Positions 8,743 through 17,584 of a stretch of DNA of 54,885 bases are shown here, in pieces. Made by a program: the position numbers and the translations under genes. The DNA is taken from assembly GCA_002715375.1 (NCBI GenBank), contig PAZA01000005.1, positions 1 through 54,885 on the forward strand. Reading direction: 5' to 3'. A model generated the notes under the pieces. It did not search any database. It worked only from the letters and a program-made list of their open reading frames with translations, and was not told where the DNA came from. This DNA is from Halobacteriovoraceae bacterium. GTDB lineage: Bacteria; Bdellovibrionota; Bacteriovoracia; Bacteriovoracales; Bacteriovoracaceae. Within the stretch, counting starts at the first letter, position 1. Every line of letters begins with the position of its first letter.

Positions 8743-8782
8743 ATTCTCTCATTTAAGGAATCTCTCCTAAATCAACTTTAAC

Positions 8783-10906
8783 TTAGCTCTTTTTACCAAG
8801 CGGCTTAACAGCTTTGGCAGAAAGCTTAATTTTTCCCATTCTATCGACGTCAAGAACTTTAACTTCTACCTCGTCTCCCTCACTCAAATATTCATGAATA
8901 TCGTTAACTCTTTCGTTAGCAACTTCTGAAATATGAACAAGCCCAGAAACTCCTGGAACAATATCGACAAAAGCACCATACTCCTTAAGAGTAATAACTT
9001 TACCGAGGTAATCTTTTCCGATTTCAGGACCTTTAATCTGAAGCTCTATACAGCTTTGGCAATCACTTAAAATCTTATCATCTAAGCCAAGGACCTTTAC
9101 TGTTCCATCTTCTTCACACTCAAGAGTGACATCAAATTTTTCCTGGACAGCTTTAACATTTTTTCCACCAGGTCCAATCAAAGCCCCAATTTTATCTTGA
9201 GGAATTTTGAAAGAAACCATACGAGGCACGCCATCTTTGAAATTTGCTCTGTGCTTAGAAATCGTTTTGGCCATCTCACCTAGAATATGATTTCTACCAT
9301 TCTTTGCCTTATCGAGGGCCTCCACGAAAATTTCCTTAGAAATTCCTTCAATCTTTATATCCATCTGAATCGCAGTGATCCCTTTCGTTGTTCCTGCAAC
9401 TTTAAAGTCCATATCTCCAAGGTGGTCTTCATCACCTAAGATATCAGTTAAAACTTTATAGTCATCCCCTTCCTTAATAAGACCCATAGCAATACCTCCA
9501 ACAGGCTCTTTAAGAGGGACACCAGCATCCATAAGGGCCATAGAACCAGAGCATACAGAGCCCATAGAAGAAGAACCATTTGATTCTAAAACTTCACAAG
9601 CAACTCTCATTGTATAACCAAAGTCATCTTTATTAGGTAAAACAGCTTTTAGAGCTCTTTCAGCAAGGTTTCCATGACCTAGCTCACGTCTAGAAACATT
9701 GAACTTTCCTCTTGCTTCACCAACAGAAAAAGGAGGAAAGTTATAGTGAAGGTAGAAACGATCAAAGTTCTGACCTGAAATTCGGTCCGTCATTTGCTCA
9801 CCTTTCACACCCCCAACAGTGACAGTCGAAAGAACCTGAGTTTCACCTCTGGTAAAAAGACCTGACCCATGCGGAGTATCTAAAACGTTGACTTCAGTTT
9901 CGATTTGACGAACTTCGTCCAATCCACGACCTGCAATCCTTTTTTCTTCCTTCATGATGTCGTTTCTCATCATATGATAGAGAAGCTCATCAACAACACT
10001 ATAGGCTTCTTTACCAAAAGAAACATCAGCGGAAAGCCCAAAAGACTCTGGGTCCTTCTCAATAGTTTCAGCAACTTTCTTTTCAAGACTTTTCACAGCT
10101 TTCTGTCTTTCAAGTTTTGGAACAATATCTAAAACGCTTCTAGCGTCAGAAGAAAAGTCTTCTTTTACCTTATTAAAGAAAGTTTCATTAGGCTGAGCTG
10201 AAACAAATTCTCTCTTAGGTACACCGACCTCTTCTCTCATTTTCTCCATAACATCACAGGCGGTTCTAATGTGCTCATGAGCAAACTCTATGGCCTCCAT
10301 CATTTCACTTTCAGAAAGCTCTTCAGCTTCTCCCTCAACCATTAAAATGGCGTCCTTAGAAGCAGATACGGCTAACTCTAGATCTGAGTTTTCCCACTGG
10401 GCATGGCTTGGGTTTAAAACAAGTTTACCATCAATACGACCAACCTTAGCGGTACTCACAGGACCACCAAAAGGAATGTCTGAAATGCAAAGAGCTGCAG
10501 AAGCTCCCATTCCAGCTAAAACCTCAGCATCACCATTTTCACCGTAAGATAGGACCGTGGCTGCTATAATAGTTTCGAACATATAACCTTTAGGAAACAA
10601 AGGCCTTAAGGGTCTATCAATTAAACGAGCATTCAGAGTCTCACCAACACTTGGCTTCGCCTCTCTTTTAATAAAGCCGCCAAGAAACTTTCCAGCAGCG
10701 TAAAATTTTTCAACATAGTCTACAGTCAAAGGAAAAAAGTCTTGGCCATCCTTCATTTCTCTCGAGGAGCATGCTGTAACAAGGACCTGTGTCCCGTTGC
10801 AGGAAATAAGAACAGAGCCATCAGCTTGTTTCGCTAAACGACCTGTTTCAATAACGACATTCTTCCCTCCGTAGTCAAACGAGTATTCTTTTTTATTTTC
10901 ATTCAT
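8783..10906 (-). CDS. pnp: polyribonucleotide nucleotidyltransferase (PNPase)
   Basis: Full-length collinearity with PNPase: two RNase PH domains (RPLRPLFP, GETQVL, ..RRE.GHG.LAERAL), then KH (GPGGKNVKAVQEKF) and S1 (GAFVDIVPGVSGLVHISE). Start set to ATG 10906, preceded by GGAG at 7-nt spacing. The track start at 10921 is a GTG inside that SD. Confidence 0.95.
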   Translation of the reverse strand: MNENKKEYSFDYGGKNVVIETGRLAKQADGSVLISCNGTQVLVTACSSREMKDGQDFFPLTVDYVEKFYAAGKFLGGFIKREAKPSVGETLNARLIDRPLRPLFPKGYMFETIIAATVLSYGENGDAEVLAGMGASAALCISDIPFGGPVSTAKVGRIDGKLVLNPSHAQWENSDLELAVSASKDAILMVEGEAEELSESEMMEAIEFAHEHIRTACDVMEKMREEVGVPKREFVSAQPNETFFNKVKEDFSSDARSVLDIVPKLERQKAVKSLEKKVAETIEKDPESFGLSADVSFGKEAYSVVDELLYHMMRNDIMKEEKRIAGRGLDEVRQIETEVNVLDTPHGSGLFTRGETQVLSTVTVGGVKGEQMTDRISGQNFDRFYLHYNFPPFSVGEARGKFNVSRRELGHGNLAERALKAVLPNKDDFGYTMRVACEVLESNGSSSMGSVCSGSMALMDAGVPLKEPVGGIAMGLIKEGDDYKVLTDILGDEDHLGDMDFKVAGTTKGITAIQMDIKIEGISKEIFVEALDKAKNGRNHILGEMAKTISKHRANFKDGVPRMVSFKIPQDKIGALIGPGGKNVKAVQEKFDVTLECEEDGTVKVLGLDDKILSDCQSCIELQIKGPEIGKDYLGKVITLKEYGAFVDIVPGVSGLVHISEVANERVNDIHEYLSEGDEVEVKVLDVDRMGKIKLSAKAVKPLGKKS

Positions 10907-11240
10907 AGAAAAAATCTCCACTATTCAAAGTTACAACTCCCCCATACGCGAGCATAGTTATACATATGCAAACTAAGGGAGTTTTTTATTTATTAATTAG
11001 TTAACTATCACTTCTAAAAGTAATTCAACAATCTTTGGTGAACCCAAGATGACCTGAGCTTTCTAAGCTTGCAAAAGTTATAAAAGTTCAGAAAGCTGTA
11101 GAGAGGAATTTAAAAGATATTTCAAAAAAGCTAGTGTTACTATCGTTTTTTCAAATATCCCTTATATTCTCTCTCCCTACAATTTTTATGTCTTTGTTAA
11201 AACTTTTGAAATCTAAAAAACTCAAGCCTCACGGCTCCTA
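10907..11240 (-). promoter_or_regulatory. structured rpsO-pnp intergenic leader (334 nt) with at least three stem-loops
   Basis: Three inverted repeats: 10935-10941 AACTCCC / 10977-10983 GGGAGTT; 11057-11064 AGCTTTCT / 11090-11097 AGAAAGCT; and 11116-11129 / 11146-11159 (13 of 14 bp, AT-rich). Confidence 0.4.
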
Positions 11241-11271
11241 AAAAAAAGGGAGTTCTAAAACTCCCTTTTTT
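11241..11271 (-). terminator. rho-independent terminator/attenuator after rpsO
   Basis: GGGAGTT (11248-11254) pairs with AACTCCC (11259-11265) across a 4-nt loop. It is flanked by A7 and T6 runs, and on the minus strand the stem is followed by a T run. Confidence 0.65.
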
Positions 11272-11284
11272 ATAATTCCAACTG

Positions 11285-11551
11285 TTATTTTCTCAAACCT
11301 AGTGCTTTAATTAAGTCGGTATACTCTGCCGGCTTTTTTCTCGATAGATAATTGAGAAGAGACTTTCTTTTCCCGATCATCTTAAGCAAACCTCTATTAG
11401 AATGATAATCATGACGGTTTTCTTTAAAATGAACCTTCAAGTTCTCGATTCTTCTAGTCAAGATTGCAACCTGAGCCTGAACACAACCTGTGTCCTTCTC
11501 GTTTTTTCCAAATTGATTAATAATTTCTTTTTTTTCTTCTGCAGTAATCAT
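11285..11551 (-). CDS. rpsO: 30S ribosomal protein S15
   Basis: DTGCVQAQVAILTRRIENLKVHFKENRHDYHSNRGLLKMIGKRKSLLNYL matches S15. ATG at 11551 sits 5 nt after AGGGGA; the GTG at 11554 is too close to the SD. Confidence 0.9.
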   Translation of the reverse strand: MITAEEKKEIINQFGKNEKDTGCVQAQVAILTRRIENLKVHFKENRHDYHSNRGLLKMIGKRKSLLNYLSRKKPAEYTDLIKALGLRK

Positions 11552-11632
11552 CACTGTCCCCTTTAACTTACAAAATCTCCAAGCTCTTATAAAAACCTGA
11601 AAATATGCGCATACACTAACAATTACCGACTT

Positions 11633-12787
11633 TTATCGAATAAACTTTGACATGTAAACCCTTAAATTCTTCAGGAGGCGCTCCTCTATTTGCCGTATTC
11701 TTTCCCTGGAAACACCATAAGAGTCCGCAAGGGTTTGTAAAGAAGGGGGAACTTCCTCAAGTAGCCGTTTTTTAAAGATTTCTAGGTCTCTCGGTTTTAA
11801 AGTTTCCATAAACCCCCCTAGATTCTCTTTAAGAAGATCGACCTCCTGACTCGCAGCAACAATATTTTCCAAGCCACCGTCATACTTTGTGTCAACAAGG
11901 TTATCTCCTAAAGTTCCCTTTTCTGAGTCATCAAAGAGTGGCTTATCGATACTAACTTCCCCGCCCTGGTCGCTAAGCCTTTGATCCATAACAACCACGG
12001 CTTTTTCAGATACCCCCAGATTCTCGGAAAGTGTCTTCGTATCAGGGTCTATTCCCATACTTAAAAGCCGGTTCTTTTCTTTCATAAGATTATAAAAAAG
12101 CTTCTTTTGTTCGTTTGTTGTCCCAATCTTTATTAAACGGAAGTTATCTAAAATAAACTTGAGAATGTAAGAACGAATCCACCAACTAGCATAATAAGAG
12201 AGTTTGGCACCTTTAGAACGGTCATACTTTGAAACGGCCTTCATAAGACCAATATTTCCCTCTTGGATTAAATCCATAACATTTTGGTGAGCAGACCGGT
12301 ATTCCATAGCAATTTTAACAACCAACCTTAGGTTAGCGAGGACTAGTTTTCGAGCGATCTCTATATCACCAGTTTCTTCTAAAGCCTTCGTTAAAGCTTG
12401 CTCTTGCTCTATGGAAAGAAGGTCATAACGATTAATTTCTCTTATATAGACAGTAAGAGGGTCACTGACTTTATCTGGCTCATAGAGCGCAACCTCTTTA
12501 GAGGGAGAAAACTCTTTGCTCGAAGCCCCTTTCTCTAAGGCATTTTCTTTACCTTTCTCACTAGAGGTTCCAACAACTTCAACCACAACATCACTTGCCG
12601 ACTCTTTCTCAACCGAGGGATCATAAATATTTTTTATTGAATCAACTTTGGCCCTGACCACTTTGACCTTATCATTGGACACCTCGAGGGTTTCATCAAT
12701 TTTTGGAGAAACCTTCTTCTTTCTTGTCGAATTAGAAGTGCTTTTCTTTTTGCCATTTGATGAGTTTTTGGAATTCTTTTCTCTCAT
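11633..12787 (-). CDS. rpoH: RNA polymerase sigma factor, RpoH (sigma-32)-like, with a roughly 108-aa K/S/E-rich N-terminal extension
   Basis: Region 2 reads DLIQEGNIGLMKAVSKYDRSKGAKLSYYASWWIRSYI. It is followed by an RpoH-box-like segment FRLIKIGTTNEQKKLFYNLMKEKN (E. coli: [20 protein letters not shown]). Region 4 reads YGVSRERIRQIEERLLKNLR. Confidence 0.75.
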   Translation of the reverse strand: MREKNSKNSSNGKKKSTSNSTRKKKVSPKIDETLEVSNDKVKVVRAKVDSIKNIYDPSVEKESASDVVVEVVGTSSEKGKENALEKGASSKEFSPSKEVALYEPDKVSDPLTVYIREINRYDLLSIEQEQALTKALEETGDIEIARKLVLANLRLVVKIAMEYRSAHQNVMDLIQEGNIGLMKAVSKYDRSKGAKLSYYASWWIRSYILKFILDNFRLIKIGTTNEQKKLFYNLMKEKNRLLSMGIDPDTKTLSENLGVSEKAVVVMDQRLSDQGGEVSIDKPLFDDSEKGTLGDNLVDTKYDGGLENIVAASQEVDLLKENLGGFMETLKPRDLEIFKKRLLEEVPPSLQTLADSYGVSRERIRQIEERLLKNLRVYMSKFIR

Positions 12788-12960
12788 TGATCTTAAGTTT
12801 TTCCCTTTATTCCATAAATATTTACATGAATACTTTCATTCAAGCCTTTAAACGGACCTAAACAGCCCCAAGATAACACAATTTTAAAAAAAGAACATCC
12901 TGAGTGGGTATTTTACACTTCAAAAACAATGCAAAACAACAAACGGTCCAAAAACCTAAG

Positions 12961-14616
12961 TTATAAATTCATAAGTGAAACCCTATGCTTATAATGCATG
13001 TACCTAAGAGCATAAATACCGTAATAAAAGTCTATGGGTAAAGAAAGAATTTTTGGGTGGTCTTTTTCAAAGAAATCTCCTCTATAAGCCTCTAGCTGTC
13101 TAAGTAGCTCCCTAACAATTAAAACTTCAAGATTTTTCCGCCATGGTGGAAGCTTCCAAAGGTTTCTTTTAGATATAATTTGATCTTTTATTTGAACTGT
13201 AAAAAGCTTTTTTAATGACTTTATCTTTTTCTTATTCCCAAACCTCTGAGCTTCAAGCAATTCTTTTCTAACCCAACTCAAAAAGCTTTTTGACACTTTT
13301 ATTGTAATGGTCGTCTTCAATTTACCCAACATGCTGACAGCTCGATCCAGTTCACCAAGATTTACATCAAGTTTTACCCCAAATTCCGGATCTAAATTAT
13401 TAAAGTAGAGGTCTTTCCGAACAGGTTCTATTATAAAGGACTCTTCAAAAAGAATTTCTTCATTAAAATGATCATTCTGCTTTTTCGCCCACCTTCTCCA
13501 AGACCTCTCCATGGAAGCCTTTGTGAACTCTAATCCATCATTTAATTTTTTCGCGCCTACCAAGAAGTCAGGGATGCCAGTTATAAGTGCAATCATTTGA
13601 GAAACCATCAAATGATCCTCAAACAAGTCTTTTTTTTCTATTATTTTCTTTACTCGCGGCTCTTGATTTTTATATGTATAACCTGCCTCAAGAAAATCTT
13701 CACAGTAAAGGTTTTCAAGATCTCTTTGGAACGTTTTGGAACCTATTGACTTCCAGTGGAGATTATTAAATTTCTTATGCCCTACACGCCTGCAAATAAA
13801 TTCCTCGCACCAAACCTGGACTGTTTTCAGATTGGTTTTAAGAAGAGCTTTGTTTTGAATCGGGTCCCAAATAAGTCCCTTATTAGTCAATTGTCTTATG
13901 ACAAAAGCCATTATAGAAGGGTGCTTCACTAAAGGGACTAGGAGTCGTAAATTTTGAGCATCATTTCCCCAAGAACAAAAAGATCTAAATAGTTTAATCG
14001 AATACATAAATTCCTGCTCAAGTCTTTCTCTGTCTTCATTAATTTGAAGAAGACTCCTTGGAAAGAAGGGGTTCTTTTCAATATTGGGTATTTGAACTTT
14101 TTCACCACCAGAGCTAAATTGAAGTTGAAAGTTTTTTTTCAATTGCCTCTGACTAATAATTGTCATGTTTTTAGAGCAAAAGTTATTCGTTACATTTTGA
14201 ACTAAATTGTTGAAGTCACTTTTTTTTAATTCAATTTCTTTTGAGTAATCTGAAATCGCCCTTAAAGTGAGGTCAATTCCAATATACTGAAGAGTTGCTA
14301 GTAAAGATCTTTTAGTCTCAACCCTTTCTTTGTAGGTCGAGTACCTAACCTTTCTACCAACCTTGCAATAGTTTTTGAGTTTTTGCCCCTCCAAATAAAA
14401 GCCTCTAAAATATCCTAATTGCCTTTTAAATCCTCTATTGTCCTGACTCATTCTTAAAGGATCTTCACGTCTAAAGATATATTCTAAGGGGTCACTCTTT
14501 TCTCTTTGATATAAGGAGGAAAAGTCTCCTAAAACAAGGCTCTCAATTGGTATAAGAGCATGCACTTTGAAAACACAAAGGAAAAGAAAAAATGATATGG
14601 AGGTTATTTTTTTCAA
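12961..14616 (-). CDS. secreted protein of unknown function (551 aa)
   Basis: N-terminal signal-like peptide MKKITSISFFLFLCVFKVHA, and a long uninterrupted ORF. No motif recognised. Confidence 0.5.
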   Translation of the reverse strand: MKKITSISFFLFLCVFKVHALIPIESLVLGDFSSLYQREKSDPLEYIFRREDPLRMSQDNRGFKRQLGYFRGFYLEGQKLKNYCKVGRKVRYSTYKERVETKRSLLATLQYIGIDLTLRAISDYSKEIELKKSDFNNLVQNVTNNFCSKNMTIISQRQLKKNFQLQFSSGGEKVQIPNIEKNPFFPRSLLQINEDRERLEQEFMYSIKLFRSFCSWGNDAQNLRLLVPLVKHPSIMAFVIRQLTNKGLIWDPIQNKALLKTNLKTVQVWCEEFICRRVGHKKFNNLHWKSIGSKTFQRDLENLYCEDFLEAGYTYKNQEPRVKKIIEKKDLFEDHLMVSQMIALITGIPDFLVGAKKLNDGLEFTKASMERSWRRWAKKQNDHFNEEILFEESFIIEPVRKDLYFNNLDPEFGVKLDVNLGELDRAVSMLGKLKTTITIKVSKSFLSWVRKELLEAQRFGNKKKIKSLKKLFTVQIKDQIISKRNLWKLPPWRKNLEVLIVRELLRQLEAYRGDFFEKDHPKILSLPIDFYYGIYALRYMHYKHRVSLMNL

Positions 14617-14770
14617 TTTGGGACCCTCTAATGGTTATCGGGTACCCCCAAAAAAAATTTATAATATTTAATCTAAAAGAACTTCACAATCTCACGAAAT
14701 AAATTTACCCACACAACATGGTTCTACAAATCTAAATAAGGTTATCTGGCCTCCAACCGATGAACGGTCC

Positions 14771-16186
14771 ATGAAATTGACTTCTTTTTGGAAAGCCTTA
14801 ACCGGTATAATCTTCTCGCTCTTAATTACACCTCTCCACACTCTTGGGGAGGAAAATATTGCCTGGGAAAATATGAGTCAGGGGGATATATTAGATTATT
14901 TTCAAACTATGAAAGAAGAAAAAAGAAAAAAAAATGATTTTCTCCTAAAAAAAGCCAAGTTCAATATTCTAAATGGAAACTTGAAAGCCGCGGAGTTTTA
15001 TTTAAAAAATATATCTACAAAAAATAAAAGAATTTTCTACCCAAAAAAAAGGCTGCAATCTCTTATCTTGTTTCTTAAAAAAGATTATGCAAACTCTCTT
15101 AAAATTCTTGAGGATCCGGAGTTTTCCTTTTTTTCTTTTTATAAAGAAACTTGCCTCATTAAAGTACTAAACTTGATGGCACTAAGCAAAAAAAAGAGAC
15201 TCACAAAAGAAACGGAGGAATGCCAAGAAGCTTCTTCAAAGTATTCTAAAAAAGATCATTTTTGGCTTAAAAATACTGTGAAAGTTAAAAATGGCTCCCC
15301 TATTCAAATAGGGAAGGAGTCCCCCCTCCAACTTAAAAAGCTTTTTGAAGATAAGGAAATGACTACTTTGTGGTTGAAGTTGGCCATTTTTCTCAATAAG
15401 GAAAAAAATATTGTCTCAAAATTATCTGATCTGCCAAAAAAACTTTATCGATCAAAAAAAATAAGAGAACTCATTAGCTTCATTTATTACAGACTCGACC
15501 AAAAAGAGATGGCCCTTGATTTTATTGAGGATATTTCGACAGCGAACTCAGAGAATATTAAAGGAAATTTACGATTAAAAAGCAGAGAATTTGAACTGGC
15601 CTATGGTCATTTTCAACTCGCATTAAAAAATAAAATCAATTCCAAAAATGCTCTTGAAAGGTCACTTCCGCTTTCCTGGATACTCAGAAAGTGGAAACAA
15701 GGTAAAAAACACCTAAATTCGCTTTTAAGCGAAGATATAGACCCTAGAAAAAAGAGGTCCCTAGAAACGGCATTTCTTATCCAAATGGGCTTTTTTAAAG
15801 AAGCTCATCAACACCTTAAAAGACTTAATTATGATTATACCGGGTTTATTCCTCTAGAGATTAACCTCATGAACAGTTATGTTTCAATCATCAACAACAA
15901 TGAAAAAGATCTCGATAGGTTTTCTCATGAAGCTTGTTTGAAATTTGATGGTCTCAACTGCTGGGTCCGTTCTCAATTGCTTACTTGGGAACAGTTTTCC
16001 AAAACTCTAAAAAGAAAGGACCCTATCTACAAAGACGATAGGTTAACGCTTGACTCCTTAACTGAACTTTCGGTTCTGAGACCATTAAAGGAAGAGCTTA
16101 TTGTTGAACAAAAAGATATTGAGGAACTAGATAGTGCAGAAGTCAACCTGCCAAAAGGTCTCCATTACAAAGGTATTTTTGATTAA
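14771..16186 (+). CDS. secreted helical-repeat (TPR-like?) protein of unknown function (471 aa)
   Basis: Signal-like N-terminus (ALTGIIFSLLITPLHTLG) and helical, K-rich repeats. No catalytic motif recognised. Confidence 0.5.
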   Translation: MKLTSFWKALTGIIFSLLITPLHTLGEENIAWENMSQGDILDYFQTMKEEKRKKNDFLLKKAKFNILNGNLKAAEFYLKNISTKNKRIFYPKKRLQSLILFLKKDYANSLKILEDPEFSFFSFYKETCLIKVLNLMALSKKKRLTKETEECQEASSKYSKKDHFWLKNTVKVKNGSPIQIGKESPLQLKKLFEDKEMTTLWLKLAIFLNKEKNIVSKLSDLPKKLYRSKKIRELISFIYYRLDQKEMALDFIEDISTANSENIKGNLRLKSREFELAYGHFQLALKNKINSKNALERSLPLSWILRKWKQGKKHLNSLLSEDIDPRKKRSLETAFLIQMGFFKEAHQHLKRLNYDYTGFIPLEINLMNSYVSIINNNEKDLDRFSHEACLKFDGLNCWVRSQLLTWEQFSKTLKRKDPIYKDDRLTLDSLTELSVLRPLKEELIVEQKDIEELDSAEVNLPKGLHYKGIFD

Positions 16187-16190
16187 TTGC

Positions 16191-16224
16191 AAAAAAAAAG
16201 CACTCCCGTAGAGAGTGCTTTTTT
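16191..16224. terminator. bidirectional rho-independent terminator between convergent genes
   Basis: A9 run, then GCACTC (16200-16205), a 7-nt loop, GAGTGC (16213-16218) and a T6 run. It serves both the + gene ending at 16186 and HU ending at 16248. Confidence 0.65.
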
Positions 16225-16247
16225 CAAATTTCTTTATAAAGATATTC

Positions 16248-16523
16248 TTAAAGAAGATCTTTCCAAGCTTTTCCTGGTCTAAACTTTGGCACATTTTTTG
16301 CCTTAATTTTTAGTTTTTCACCAGTTGCTGGGTTAATCCCTGTTCTAGCTTTTCTTCTTACCTTAGTAAAAGTACCAAAGCCGATCAAAGATACGTCTTC
16401 ACCTTTTTTAACAGCTTTCTTGATCACATCTAAAGTTGTGTTCAAAAAAAGCTCTGCATCTTTTTTTGTCAATTCAAGTCCAGAGTCCTTGGCAACCTTT
16501 TCCAATAGTTCTTGCCTGTTCAT
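16248..16523 (-). CDS. hup: HU/IHF-family nucleoid-associated DNA-binding protein
   Basis: 91 aa. GFGTFTKVRRKARTGINPATGEKLKIKAKNVPKFRPGKAWKD is the HU arm motif (R.gRNP.TGe.i.I.a..vp.Fk.Gk.lk). Confidence 0.85.
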   Translation of the reverse strand: MNRQELLEKVAKDSGLELTKKDAELFLNTTLDVIKKAVKKGEDVSLIGFGTFTKVRRKARTGINPATGEKLKIKAKNVPKFRPGKAWKDLL

Positions 16524-16906
16524 AAATTCCCCTTTTTTGGTTCACCCGAATTAATTTTTATCATAATTCCGGGGGCGATTAATTAGCCTAAAATTAATAT
16601 GTAGCTATTGTAATCAGGACACTCCCCTTATTGCAATACATTTTTTTTTAAAAGTTAAAGAGGTCTTAAAGGAAGGGGTTTTCAATCCTTCCTTAAAGAG
16701 AAAACCTGGAATCGTTCATCAGTAGATCCTCTTAAACAAATCATTTAGATGAAAACCCCAAAGACCTTATCAAATAAAGGCTTTGCCAATTTAACTTTAA
16801 CAAATTATTTTTCTACAATTTCCGACGTTAAATCCGATAAAGGGAGGAGTTTACACCCTACAAACGAACAGGAAAGATGTAACTTTGGTTAAATTGGAGA
16901 TCATTC

Positions 16907-17584
16907 ATGGCCTTTTTTTGGAGAAGAAAGCACTCTATGGGGAGTCATTACAGAGAGCAAATTGTCGCTGCTGCAAGAAGGCTTTACGACAAGAACATCC
17001 TGGCCGCTACTGATGGAAATATAAGCTCAAAAGAAAACGATTCCCAAATACTCATTACACCTTCAGGGAAGCAAAAAGCCTTTTTGCAACCACAGGAAAT
17101 TATTCTCTACAATATTAAGGACAAAAACCCCAAGCAAAAAGTCTCCAGTGAGCTTGCTATGCATCTCCAAATATACAAAAGTTGCCCCAAAGCATCCTTT
17201 GTCATCCATGCACACCCTCCTTCTGCAATCGCATGGACAATTGCATTCCCAAAACTAAAAAACCTCCCCTATGACGTTCTTCCAGAACTTATCCTCGCTG
17301 TTGGCAGCATACCATTTGTCCCTTACGCTCGACCTGGAACAGATGACATGGCAAAAAATATAATGCCTTACTTACCCCATCACAAGGCCCTCATCTTGAC
17401 GAGACACGGAGCAATCAGTTGGGGAGAAACCATGGAAGAAGCGATTAATGGCATGGAAAGAATTGAGCATACAGCACATATTCTTATGATGGCCAAAAAA
17501 CTAAGGGGATTGACAACTCTCCCTCAAGATGAAATTCAATATCTTCAAGAAAAAAGAAAACAAATCGGAGATATTAATTTATGA
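16907..17584 (+). CDS. class II aldolase/adducin-family protein (MtnB dehydratase or Ald2-type 5-deoxyribulose/methylthioribulose-1-P aldolase)
   Basis: SSELAMHLQIY (catalytic Glu region), VIHAHPP (zinc His pair) and LTRHGAISWG. GGAG lies 8 nt upstream of the ATG. The stop overlaps the mtnA start (ATGA at 17581-17584). Confidence 0.7.
   Translation: MAFFWRRKHSMGSHYREQIVAAARRLYDKNILAATDGNISSKENDSQILITPSGKQKAFLQPQEIILYNIKDKNPKQKVSSELAMHLQIYKSCPKASFVIHAHPPSAIAWTIAFPKLKNLPYDVLPELILAVGSIPFVPYARPGTDDMAKNIMPYLPHHKALILTRHGAISWGETMEEAINGMERIEHTAHILMMAKKLRGLTTLPQDEIQYLQEKRKQIGDINL

Noticed and set aside
16524-16906. Possible S-box/SAM riboswitch upstream of the methionine-salvage-type genes
   Set aside because: I could not find the SAM-I core (GAGGGA...GCCC...GCAACC...GGTGCCAA) or recognisable features of SAM-II or SAM/SAH. 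Only a generic hairpin is present.
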